DNA from: an uncultured Candidatus Saccharibacteria bacterium
GTDB lineage: Bacteria; Patescibacteriota; Minisyncoccia; Phycocordibacterales; UBA12088
Assembly: GCA_964567265.1 (NCBI GenBank)
Contig: CAZMLK010000001.1
Coordinates: 459,723-523,722 of the forward strand
Direction of reading: 5' to 3'
DNA: 64,000 nt
This document shows, piece by piece, positions 9,900 to 18,158 of this stretch. The notes below the pieces were generated by a model. The model worked only from the letters and a program-made list of their open reading frames with translations, did not search any database and was not told the origin of the DNA. Positions within the stretch are counted from its first letter, which is position 1. The number at the start of each line of letters is the position of its first letter. A program made the translations under genes and the position numbers.

Positions 9900-10112
9900 T
9901 GTACAGCCGAGTGCTTCAAAATCGCGAAATGAGTATGCCTGTAAGGAAATGCTGCGTGACGCTCGGACGATCGCAATCAAAACCTGCTTTAAATCGCAGC
10001 TTCATGAAAAGATTCATGATTCTTTCCATTTTTTATTGCATGCTTCGAAATTCTGCTTGCGTCAATAGATGAAGTCACGCATTCTTGATGGGGTTAGAAA
10101 CTAATTTCATCA

Positions 10113-10970
10113 TTGCTTCACAGTATGCAACTACGAAAAGCGACGATCGCGATCCTCTCCGTTACCATCCTCGGTGCAGCCGCATTCTCAGCTCCCCTTT
10201 TCTCGCAAGCATCTGCGACAGCATTGGTCGGTCCGATGTATCTCTATACATTCAACAGCCCCGGGAATATCAATGAGACCGGCTCGATGGGCGAAAGCGA
10301 CAGCCCGTACTGGTGGGTCAATTCCGGGGGTGGCGCGGTGATCGTGAATGGCGAGGGAAAGACCCTCCAAGGTGAGCTCCCTTCCCTCTCGAAGTGGCGC
10401 GTATTGTATGCCGCCGCGAACCCGCTCGATACAGACAACGGGTACCATCCGCAGAACATATTCCGTTTCGTATCGAGAAGCCAGTGGCAGGATTCACGCG
10501 AGGAAGCCTATTTCAAGATCGAGAAAGATAACCTGAGCGCGAGCCCGAACCGCAACTCCTCGAATGGGCTCCTGCTCTTCAACCGGTACCAGGACAGCGC
10601 GGATCTCTACTACCTCGGCATCCGTGTCGACGGGACGGCGGTCATCAAGAAGAAGACGGGCGGCACATACTATACCCTCGCGCAGAAGGCCGTATTTCCG
10701 GGGACGTATAATCACAGCAGCAATCCGAATCTCATTCCGAAAAATACATGGATCGGCATCCGAAGCGAAGTCGTGAATAACGCGGACGGGACGGTCAGCC
10801 TCAAGCTCTTCATGGATGCCGGGAAGACCGGAATCTGGACCCTTCTCCTCAGCACGACTGACGACGCGCGCTCCTTCGGCGGCGCGGCCATCACGAACAA
10901 GGGGTACGGGGGCATCCGCACCGATTTCATGGACGTGACCTTCGACAACTTCAGGGAGACGGCGCTGTAA
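10113..10970 (+). CDS. Secreted predicted beta-jelly-roll protein, paralog A of the gene at 51445-52356
   Basis: Signal peptide. Long conserved blocks are shared with the 51445 gene ('SPYWWVNSGG', 'GYHPQNIFRFVSRS', 'NLSASPNRNSSNGLLL', 'YYLGIRVDG', 'IKKK.GGTY.TLA', 'GIRTDFMDV.F'). Confidence 0.65.
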   Translation: MLHSMQLRKATIAILSVTILGAAAFSAPLFSQASATALVGPMYLYTFNSPGNINETGSMGESDSPYWWVNSGGGAVIVNGEGKTLQGELPSLSKWRVLYAAANPLDTDNGYHPQNIFRFVSRSQWQDSREEAYFKIEKDNLSASPNRNSSNGLLLFNRYQDSADLYYLGIRVDGTAVIKKKTGGTYYTLAQKAVFPGTYNHSSNPNLIPKNTWIGIRSEVVNNADGTVSLKLFMDAGKTGIWTLLLSTTDDARSFGGAAITNKGYGGIRTDFMDVTFDNFRETAL

Positions 10971-10982
10971 TCGCGCGCAGAC

Positions 10983-11014
10983 AAAACCCCGCGGCCTTCG
11001 GCCGCGGGGTTTTG
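10983..11014. terminator. Bidirectional rho-independent terminator between convergent genes
   Basis: AAAA-CCCCGCGGCC-TTC-GGCCGCGGGG-TTTT. Confidence 0.6.
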
Positions 11015-11023
11015 GTTTCCTTC

Positions 11024-12757
11024 CTACTGATTCATGAGCGCGACTCCCTGCCCCACCGTGATCGGAGTCATCTGCTTCGATTTCAGATAATCCACCACTT
11101 GCTGGAGGAACGCCGGCGTCACCGCATACTGGTTGCCGCTCGTGTTCACTTCATGGAAGAGAAGGATCACCCAGGTCTTGTTCGCGATCGCCGTATCGAT
11201 ATACGCTTTCGCTTCAGCGATCGTGGTCGCCGCCGCCATCGGCTGCCGCCGGAGCGCATAGCGATCAGTAGTCTTGTCATTGTATCCGCCATCGCTCGAC
11301 CGCCCGGCAAGGAATCCCGCATCCTTCACGATCTGCTGGACCGAAGCATTGTATGCGCCGAGCGGATACGCGAAGTAGCTGACTGGCGAAAGCCCGTTGC
11401 TGGTGAGGTATTGCCGCGAACCTGCGACTTCCTCGGTCGCAGCCGCGGTCGAGAGCATCGTCAGGTCGGGATGGGTCTTCGTATGCGCTCCGATCACATG
11501 GCCCTTGGCCTGCATGTCCTTCACCTGCGCCAAGCTCACATATGCAGGAAAATTGCCTGCGACGTAGTTGGTGACGATGAACTGGTCACTCTTGAATCCG
11601 GCCGCATCGAGGATCGGAATCGCGTTCTGATAGACAGAGAGCCAGCCGTCATCGAAGTTCAAGGAGACATAGCCCTTGTCGAACTTGTTCGGGTCTGACG
11701 CAAGCGGGACCAGGCTGTAATCATCGACCGTGAGCGTCCCGACTCCCTTGATCACATGGAACACGGTCATCGAAACGACACCTGCGGGTACACTGAATGC
11801 CTTCGTGAACTGCTGCCAGCCGCTGCTCGGCGGTACCGCCCCGAGATCGAGATACACGTACGACCCGTCGCTCTTCCTGAACTGCGCAGTCACGTAGGTG
11901 GTTGAAAGTGATTTCGAATAGTCCGTGAACCGGTAAGACCCGCCGGCTGCGACGGTGACATTGTTGAACACCCACTTCGCGTCGCCCGTGGCATAGGAAG
12001 TCATCTGCACCTCCGCGCCATCCGCCCCCGTCCGTCCTGGGACGGGATAGGTGAAGGTGGTTGTATTCGTTCCCCAGCGGCCGGTGGTCCAATTTTCGGG
12101 CAAACCACCTGCTCCGCTCATCTCGAACGAGGGATTCTTGATGAGATTCGAGGTCGCCGGCGGCGTGATGTCGGTAAGGCTCACATTATCGATCTCGAGC
12201 GTACCATTCTGCTTGATGAGATGGAACACCCGCGCGCTCGTGACGTTCGCGGGCACCGTGAACGAAACGCTCCGAGTCTGCCACGAGCTCGGACTTGCAG
12301 GAAGGACCGCGATATTCGGATACATGAAGCCGCCGCCCGAGAGCGTGTACTCGATCGTAAGGTAACTCGGCACGGTCGCGGCATAGGAATCCGCATACGT
12401 GTATGTGCGGCCTGGAGTCACGGCGACCGGCGCCGATGCCCATTTCGCATCACCGCTGCTGTACGCAGATAGCGTCACGCGGGCAGCCTTTGATCCGTCA
12501 CCTGAAGGCACGGGATACATGAAATTCGAGGTGTTGGTTCCCCAACGTCCGCGGATCCATCCGTCGGGGATGTTTGGGGCAGACGGTGAAGCCGACTCGA
12601 ATCCAGGGTTGTAAATGAGGTTGGTTGCAGCCTCCGTCGAGTGAGCATTTCCCGCAAAGAACAGAATCATCATGAAGCTGGCAATGGCGAAGACGCGAGT
12701 AAGGGAACGGACGCCTTCGGAGACGCCGAGAAACCGGGGAAATGTTTTTTCCATGTC
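11024..12757 (-). CDS. Secreted polysaccharide deacetylase (CE4/NodB homology domain) with two tandem N-terminal CBM-like (CBM4/9/22-type) modules
   Basis: Two ~150-aa repeats each start 'NLI(Y/K)NP(G/S)FE...W..GRWGTNT..F.YPVP'. The C-terminal 'YVSLNFDDGW' carries the CE4 DD motif, and 'AHTKTHPDL' the His motif. ATG at MEKTF. Confidence 0.8.
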   Translation of the reverse strand, partial: DMEKTFPRFLGVSEGVRSLTRVFAIASFMMILFFAGNAHSTEAATNLIYNPGFESASPSAPNIPDGWIRGRWGTNTSNFMYPVPSGDGSKAARVTLSAYSSGDAKWASAPVAVTPGRTYTYADSYAATVPSYLTIEYTLSGGGFMYPNIAVLPASPSSWQTRSVSFTVPANVTSARVFHLIKQNGTLEIDNVSLTDITPPATSNLIKNPSFEMSGAGGLPENWTTGRWGTNTTTFTYPVPGRTGADGAEVQMTSYATGDAKWVFNNVTVAAGGSYRFTDYSKSLSTTYVTAQFRKSDGSYVYLDLGAVPPSSGWQQFTKAFSVPAGVVSMTVFHVIKGVGTLTVDDYSLVPLASDPNKFDKGYVSLNFDDGWLSVYQNAIPILDAAGFKSDQFIVTNYVAGNFPAYVSLAQVKDMQAKGHVIGAHTKTHPDLTMLSTAAATEEVAGSRQYLTSNGLSPVSYFAYPLGAYNASVQQIVKDAGFLAGRSSDGGYNDKTTDRYALRRQPMAAATTIAEAKAYIDTAIANKTWVILLFHEVNTSGNQYAVTPAFLQQVVDYLKSKQMTPITVGQGVALMNQ

Positions 12758-12850
12758 CGCATTAAACACGAGTACGGGTGATGGAATGATGAAGACATGG
12801 CGCGCTCTCGTACTTTTCAAATAACATATGCGTGATATCCTATGAGTCAT

Positions 12851-13318
12851 ATGAATACGAAAACAACATCAATACTCATCGGCATCGTCCTTATTCTCGG
12901 AGTCGGCGGCCTCGTCTATTCGATGAAGAATGCGGACTCGGAACCTGCAGTGGTCCCTACCGACACGACGACGAATAGTACCGATACCAGTACCACAGGT
13001 ACCCCTGCAAATGCAGGGACCACAGGCACCGGTACGACGGGGACAACGGCAGCGGACACCACCACCGGGACCGCTGGAGCGGGTGGCTACACGACTGCAG
13101 ACGTGGCGGCACATAATTCAAAGTCGAGCTGCTGGTCAATCATCAACGGCAACGTATACGATCTCACGAGCTGGATCCCCAAGCATCCAGGCGGAGAGAA
13201 TGCGATCCTCCAGCTCTGTGGCACTGATGGCTCCGCGAAATTCAACGGCCAGCATGGCGGCGCAGCGAAGCAGGCGGGCATCCTTGCAGGCTTCAAGATC
13301 GGAGTAGCAGCGAAATAA
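12851..13318 (+). CDS. Membrane-anchored cytochrome b5-like heme-binding domain protein with a Thr/Gly-rich linker
   Basis: TM helix, a T/G-rich low-complexity linker, then 'SSCWSIINGNVYDLTSWIPKHPGGENAILQLCGTDGSAKF' (HPGG cyt-b5 motif). Confidence 0.7.
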   Translation: MNTKTTSILIGIVLILGVGGLVYSMKNADSEPAVVPTDTTTNSTDTSTTGTPANAGTTGTGTTGTTAADTTTGTAGAGGYTTADVAAHNSKSSCWSIINGNVYDLTSWIPKHPGGENAILQLCGTDGSAKFNGQHGGAAKQAGILAGFKIGVAAK

Positions 13319-13319
13319 T

Positions 13320-13706
13320 ATGTCACGCGCAAACCTCGGACTCCTGACGTTGCGGCTCGGACTTGCTGCTCTTTTCCTGTGGTTCGGATTCTCTCAGCTT
13401 CTTGATGGCATCAACTGGGTAAGCTGGGTTCCGGAATGGGCGGTGAATACGCTCCACCTGCCCCCTGCAATGATCGTGCTCGCCAATGGCCTCCTTGAAG
13501 TCGTGTGCGGTGCGCTCCTTGCGCTGGGCATCCTCGTCCGACCGGTCGCGATACTGCTTGCACTCCATCTTGCGATCATCACGATCGAGATCGGCATCAC
13601 TCCGATCGGCGTGCGAGATTTCGGGCTCACCATGGCAACGATCGCGCTGGCGCTTCTCGGAAAAAACATACTGCCGACAAACGGTCAGATCGACACTCCA
13701 CGATAA
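13320..13706 (+). CDS. DoxX-family membrane protein
   Basis: Four predicted TM helices. 'LRLGLAALFLWFGFSQL' is DoxX-like. The gene starts 2 bp after the cyt-b5-like gene. Confidence 0.65.
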   Translation: MSRANLGLLTLRLGLAALFLWFGFSQLLDGINWVSWVPEWAVNTLHLPPAMIVLANGLLEVVCGALLALGILVRPVAILLALHLAIITIEIGITPIGVRDFGLTMATIALALLGKNILPTNGQIDTPR

Positions 13707-13727
13707 CCGTCGTCGCATCGTATACAG

Positions 13728-13757
13728 AAAGCAGCGCACGTGGTGCGCTGCTTTTTT
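13728..13757. terminator. Rho-independent terminator
   Basis: GCAGCGCAC-GTGG-TGCGCTGC followed by TTTTTT. Confidence 0.6.
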
Positions 13758-13818
13758 CATGAGGATTTCACGCAAAGTATGCGTAAGAGCGTATCCATGC
13801 AGGCGTCATGAATAGAGT

Positions 13819-14472
13819 ATGTACAAAACACACACAATCGCGCTTTCATTGATAGCATTGTCAGTATTTGCGATCACCAGCCCAGCCCTCGCCGCAAACA
13901 AGTATAAAAATCAACGTGCAGATAGCCCGACCCGAACCATGCCACGCCAGACGAAACCCGCAACCACCACTCCGCCCGTAGCGACGCCGGCCCCGACTGC
14001 ACCAGTCGGATCCCAGTGTTCTACGGGCTGGTACATTACTGGATACTTCACCCCTGTCGAAAGCGATTACACGGGCGCTACGCGCACCGTCACGGTCGCG
14101 GGTGCATCCTACGCCTTCAATTCCGCGTTTCTGACTGAAGTCGAAACTGAAGGGTGGGGCAGGACGCGTCTCGGCAACTACATCGGGAATTATGACAACG
14201 CCTGGCATTTCTCTGCGACTCCGCTTGATGCCTACGACCACGCGCTCCAGATGGACGCGGTCGCGGTCGATACCACAGTCGTGAAAGCCGGTTCCAAGCT
14301 TACTATTCCGACACTCCCTGCCCCCTTCACGAGCAAGGTATTCACGGCGACCGACATCGGTAATGGGGTCACCGGCAAGCATATCGACGTATATATGGGC
14401 GAGGGCAAGGCTGCAGAAGCCCTGACCTACACCATCACCGGCAATAACAAGACCGTCTGCATCACGAAGTAG
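13819..14472 (+). CDS. Secreted 3D-domain protein (MltA/YuiC-like lytic-transglycosylase-related fold)
   Basis: Signal peptide and Pro/Thr-rich linker. 'LQMDAVAVDTTVVKAGSKLTIP' and 'GVTGKHIDVYMGEG' resemble the 3D-domain Asp motifs. Confidence 0.6.
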   Translation: MYKTHTIALSLIALSVFAITSPALAANKYKNQRADSPTRTMPRQTKPATTTPPVATPAPTAPVGSQCSTGWYITGYFTPVESDYTGATRTVTVAGASYAFNSAFLTEVETEGWGRTRLGNYIGNYDNAWHFSATPLDAYDHALQMDAVAVDTTVVKAGSKLTIPTLPAPFTSKVFTATDIGNGVTGKHIDVYMGEGKAAEALTYTITGNNKTVCITK

Positions 14473-14481
14473 TAGTGACCT

Positions 14482-14525
14482 CCATGCACATAAAAAGCCC
14501 CGTTTGGGGCTTTTTATGTGCATGG
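14482..14525. terminator. Perfect 20-bp-arm palindromic terminator
   Basis: CCATGCACATAAAAAGCCCC-GTTT-GGGGCTTTTTATGTGCATGG. Confidence 0.65.
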
Positions 14526-14651
14526 TGTCACCAGTGGCGAGGAATGCGAGTCTCATGATTCCTTCATGAGAGGTTTCGTAGTATGAGGCCATGTGAGTGG
14601 GGATTCACTCTGGTCTCCGTTCGGAGATTGTTAGCATCTAAATCTATCCAA

Positions 14652-15017
14652 ATGGACTCATCCTATACGTCGCCGAGCACCAAACCGTTGTATCGCGGGA
14701 CGCAGATCGTCTGGTACATTCTCGGCCTGATTGAGATATTGCTTGCCTTCCGTTTCGTACTGAAGCTCCTTGGCGCCAATCCAGCCGCCGGATTCTCGAG
14801 CTTCATCTACAACGTCACCTACGTCTTCGCGGCGCCCTTCCTCAGCGTCTTCCGCATAACGCATGTCGCGGGCAGCACCATCGAATGGACCACGGTCCTC
14901 GCGATGTTCGTGTACTGGGTCCTCGCATTCGGCCTCATCAAGCTGTTCCTGATGGGAAGGACGGTCTCTACTCCCGAAGCAGCGGTGAAGCTGAACCAGC
15001 AAGATAGCAACGCGTAG
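14652..15017 (+). CDS. YggT-family membrane protein (paralog 2 of 3)
   Basis: 'GTQIVWYILGLIEILLAFRFVLKLLGANPAAGFSSFIYNVTYVFAAPFLSVFR...IEWTTVLAMFVYWVLAFGLI'. ATG at MDSSY. Confidence 0.6.
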   Translation: MDSSYTSPSTKPLYRGTQIVWYILGLIEILLAFRFVLKLLGANPAAGFSSFIYNVTYVFAAPFLSVFRITHVAGSTIEWTTVLAMFVYWVLAFGLIKLFLMGRTVSTPEAAVKLNQQDSNA

Positions 15018-15198
15018 CGCCAGACATCGAAACAAACACAGAGCGCTCTCGCGGGCGCTCTGTGTTTTTCATCATCACGTATTCACTGTTATTCGTATAC
15101 AATGCACGCAACAAGAGCCACTCACGTCTTGTATGCATCGCCTGGTCGATCGTGCATGCCTTGATAACAACAGAACTTAGCAATCTAATAGAAATCAT

Positions 15199-15540
15199 AT
15201 GGATTCGTATACAAATATGGAGGTGGAGCCGATAGCCAGCGGCACGCAGGCAGTCTGGTACGTGCTGGGATTCTTTGAAATCCTACTGGCGCTCCGGCTA
15301 CTCTTGAAGTTGCTCGGCATAGGCGCGAGCAACATCATATACAGCGTCACATCACCGCTCGTCGCGCCCTTCAACAGCATGTTCCATGTCGCGCCAGTAT
15401 CGGGAGCAGTCCTCGAGTGGACGACGCTGCTCGCGATGCTTGTTTTGGCGGCAATCGGGTACGGCATCATTGGACTAATGCTGATGACACGCACCGTTGG
15501 CGGCGCCCGGAATGGCTCAGCGCGGCTTAGTGATTTCTGA
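15199..15540 (+). CDS. YggT-family membrane protein (paralog 3 of 3)
   Basis: 'GTQAVWYVLGFFEILLALRLLLKLLGIGASNIIYSVTSPLVAPFNSMFH...LEWTTLLAMLVLAAIGYGII', a close paralog of the 14652 gene. Confidence 0.6.
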   Translation: MDSYTNMEVEPIASGTQAVWYVLGFFEILLALRLLLKLLGIGASNIIYSVTSPLVAPFNSMFHVAPVSGAVLEWTTLLAMLVLAAIGYGIIGLMLMTRTVGGARNGSARLSDF

Positions 15541-15544
15541 AGAA

Positions 15545-15595
15545 CCGGCAGAATGTAAAAACCCGCCCTTGAGGCGGGTTTTTACATTCTGCCGG
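15545..15595. terminator. Perfect 23-bp-arm palindromic bidirectional terminator
   Basis: CCGGCAGAATGTAAAAACCCGCC-CTTGA-GGCGGGTTTTTACATTCTGCCGG. Confidence 0.65.
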
Positions 15596-15610
15596 TTCGG
15601 TTCCGCGTGC

Positions 15611-15949
15611 TTACTTTGACTCCATCTCGGTCACCGACATGAGCTCGATCCAGCCGCCCGGAATCTTGTTGTTCGGATGGCTCGCGAAGATCTTCGCTGC
15701 CTCGTCATGCGATTCTGCCTGCACGATCGAGTACCCCGTGATATCGTTCTTGAAATCCGAGACGCCTTCCGACGTAATCTTTTTCGTCTTGCCGAGCATC
15801 GAACCCGCATCAACGAACGAGGCCTTGTTATCCTCCATCCACTTCCCCCACTCTGCGATGCTCGCATCACGCTGTTCAGGGGTCGTATCCTTCATCCACT
15901 GCTCGATAACTGCTCCAGGGATCATATACAGTGCGAAAAATTTTTTCAT
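15611..15949 (-). CDS. Hypothetical small protein (possibly YciI/Dabb-like alpha+beta barrel)
   Basis: 'GYSIVQAESHDEAAKIFASHP' gives only a weak resemblance; no firm motif. Confidence 0.4.
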   Translation of the reverse strand: MKKFFALYMIPGAVIEQWMKDTTPEQRDASIAEWGKWMEDNKASFVDAGSMLGKTKKITSEGVSDFKNDITGYSIVQAESHDEAAKIFASHPNNKIPGGWIELMSVTEMESK

Positions 15950-15999
15950 ATGGGTGCGTTAACGCTGATAGTAATTACTGCACGATTCAAAGCATCCTC

Positions 16000-16485
16000 C
16001 TATTCTCCCGCATAGGCGCGCTCGAGCGCGGGGACATCGATCTTCTTCATCTGGAGCATCGCCATCATGACGCGCCCCGCCTTTTCCTTGTCCGGGTCGC
16101 TCATCAGCGCTCCGAGCTGCTTCGGCACGATCTGCCACGACATCCCGTACTTATCCTTGAGCCATCCGCACTGGCTTTCCGTGCCGCCGTCTGCGGTGAG
16201 TGCGTTCCAGTAATAATCGACCTCTTCCTGGCCATCGCAATCGACGACGAACGAGATGGCTTCAGTGAATTTGAACTGCGGCCCGCCATTGAGGACCATG
16301 AATTCCTGCCCCTCGAGCGTGAAGGTCCCCGTGAGGAGCGTTCCGGCGGGAACGGGCATCCCTTCGCCGTACCGGCTTATCTTCCCCGCGGACGCATTCT
16401 TGAAGATGGAGACATAGAAATTGAGGGCTTCTTCGCCGTTATTGTCGAACCACAGGCAAGGGGTGATTTTTTGCATCGAGTACAT
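16000..16485 (-). CDS. VOC-superfamily protein, PhnB / 3-demethylubiquinone-9 3-methyltransferase-like glyoxalase fold
   Basis: 'ITPCLWFDNNGEEALNFY' and 'CGWLKDKYGMSWQIVP' are PhnB-like blocks. Confidence 0.7.
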   Translation of the reverse strand: MYSMQKITPCLWFDNNGEEALNFYVSIFKNASAGKISRYGEGMPVPAGTLLTGTFTLEGQEFMVLNGGPQFKFTEAISFVVDCDGQEEVDYYWNALTADGGTESQCGWLKDKYGMSWQIVPKQLGALMSDPDKEKAGRVMMAMLQMKKIDVPALERAYAGE

Positions 16486-16558
16486 CGTTAATTGATCAAA
16501 AGCGATAGAGGAAGCCTATCAGATATCAGACGCAGAGCAAATTGCGGAACCGCCAATA

Positions 16559-16873
16559 CTAATCCGCATCCTCCTCAGCTTTTTCTCCCAGCTTGACGAT
16601 ATCACCCTCGGTGAAAAGCACTCCCCTCGCGATCTCCCGCCACTCTTCATTCTGCCGAAGGAGGAATTCCAGATCCATCGAGAAATGCTTCATCTCCTCC
16701 TTCTGCGCGTTCGCCATGATCGCCCTCGCGACCTTGTCCTTCTCGAGAGACATCCGCTGCTCATACCAGCCGATCGCTTCCGCTTCCTCTGTAAGTCCCG
16801 CGATCATCCGCGCGAAGGTACGCGTCTTTTCTGATAATTCATTCGCGGGCTCGTGGTATTGCTCGAATGCCAT
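16559..16873 (-). CDS. Ferritin-like protein of the encapsulated-ferritin (EncFtn/Flp) type; no shell gene adjacent
   Basis: 'LTEEAEAIGWYEQR' and 'KEEMKHFSMDLEFLLRQNEEW' carry the EncFtn di-iron E...EExxH arrangement. Confidence 0.6.
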   Translation of the reverse strand: MAFEQYHEPANELSEKTRTFARMIAGLTEEAEAIGWYEQRMSLEKDKVARAIMANAQKEEMKHFSMDLEFLLRQNEEWREIARGVLFTEGDIVKLGEKAEEDAD

Positions 16874-17020
16874 GTGATGTTTGGGTCAAATGATAAAGCT
16901 ATGCACTCAGTATAAATGTAAACCCGTTCCAGTGAAGCGCTCATGAATAGCCTATTCCTGAATGTCTACAGAAAAGCACCCCTCCGTACTAGACGGAAGG
17001 GTGCGGGCCCGAAGGCGGGC

Positions 17021-17139
17021 TAGGTCAACATGCGGTAGGCGACTCCCGCGATTATGAGGATGACCCCAGCAAGAGCGTGGGAGAAATTCATCGCGCGCTG
17101 CCCGTCGGTATCTCCGAAAAAAACGTAGATCTTCTGCAT
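17021..17139 (-). CDS. Small hydrophobic protein (38 aa) with a strong Shine-Dalgarno sequence
   Basis: AGGAGG lies 8 nt upstream of the ATG. The peptide is MQKIYVFFGDTDGQRAMNFSHALAGVILIIAGVAYRMLT. It is not in the ORF track because it is under 60 aa. Confidence 0.3.
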
Positions 17140-17254
17140 CGCAAAGTCCTCCTGATTCACGAATCACTGACCAACAATACTATACAAGGAAAGACGACGA
17201 TTGTCTACCCTCGTCTTCATTCTATATTTAGATATTTCCTGCGATGATGAGGTC

Positions 17255-18064
17255 ATGGCGGACTGGAGCAAAATCGGCAGCCGGGGATCCGTAGAAGACC
17301 GGCGTGCGTTCGGTCCTGCTTCGATTGGCGGACTTGGCCTTGGCGGCGTGGTGCTCGTGCTCCTTTTCAATTACCTCAGCACCGGCCAGGTGGATATACC
17401 GGAAGCACTGAACCAGATTGAACAGATCCAGGTGCAGGCGGACCAATCCCACAATGCGACCGATTTCGAAGGAGCCGACTCCTATGAGGTATTCGCCTCG
17501 ACGGTCCTCGGTTCCACCAACGACATGTGGCGCAAGGTTTTTGCTGCACGGAATGCGACCTATCAGGAACCCAAGCTGGTACTCTTCCGCGCGGCGACGC
17601 CTTCCGCATGCGGCGGTGCAGACAGCCGCATCGGCCCCCATTACTGCCCAACTGATCAGACAATCTACCTTGATGAAACCTTTTTTGATGAGCTTGCAAA
17701 ACTCGGCGGCACAGGCGACGTCGCCGAGGCATATGTCATCGCCCACGAAGTCGGCCACAACGTACAGAACCAGCTCGGCATCCTGGACGCGGAGCGGACA
17801 AATGCTGATTCAGTGAGAGTCGAGCTGCAAGCCGACTGCTTCGCAGGGCTCTGGGCATATTCGATCAAGGATCTCGGGGTCATCGCGCCCGGAGAAATAA
17901 ACGAGGCCATGGATGCGGCGGCGGCCGTCGGAGACGACCGCATCCAGCAGACTTACGAGGGACGCGTGACGCCAGAAACCTGGACCCATGGCTCCGCAGC
18001 GGAGCGCTTCCAGGCATTCAATAATGGATTTTCTTCCGGCTCCCTTTCGGCATGCATGCAGTGA
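17255..18064 (+). CDS. YpfJ-family putative neutral zinc metallopeptidase, membrane-anchored
   Basis: 'GPHYCPTDQTIYLDETFFDEL' and 'AYVIAHEVGHNVQNQLG' (HExxH) are YpfJ blocks. ATG at MADWSK. Confidence 0.75.
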   Translation: MADWSKIGSRGSVEDRRAFGPASIGGLGLGGVVLVLLFNYLSTGQVDIPEALNQIEQIQVQADQSHNATDFEGADSYEVFASTVLGSTNDMWRKVFAARNATYQEPKLVLFRAATPSACGGADSRIGPHYCPTDQTIYLDETFFDELAKLGGTGDVAEAYVIAHEVGHNVQNQLGILDAERTNADSVRVELQADCFAGLWAYSIKDLGVIAPGEINEAMDAAAAVGDDRIQQTYEGRVTPETWTHGSAAERFQAFNNGFSSGSLSACMQ

Positions 18065-18158
18065 CCTCGCGCGGGGTTCGTATGAAAACAAAAGCCGCTC
18101 CTGGGTGGAGCGGCCTGGCAATGAGGTCTTGTCTCAAACTATGCAAGGCGGCGCCTCA

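Noticed and set aside
9410-9976. 188-aa minus-strand ORF
   Set aside because: It is antisense to the well-supported PAS-domain gene and shows no motif. It is a typical high-GC shadow ORF.
11012-11698. 228-aa plus-strand ORF
   Set aside because: It is antisense to the CE4 deacetylase gene and its Arg-rich composition is typical of reverse-frame GC-rich coding.
12960-13090. Thr/Gly-codon-rich repetitive DNA (acc/ggc repeats), as a possible microsatellite or mobile repeat
   Set aside because: It encodes the in-frame T/G-rich linker of the cytochrome b5-like protein. It is coding low complexity, not an independent repeat element.
16559-16873. Encapsulin nanocompartment operon
   Set aside because: Only the ferritin-like cargo-type gene is present. 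No HK97-fold shell gene lies within several kb, so an operon call is not supported.
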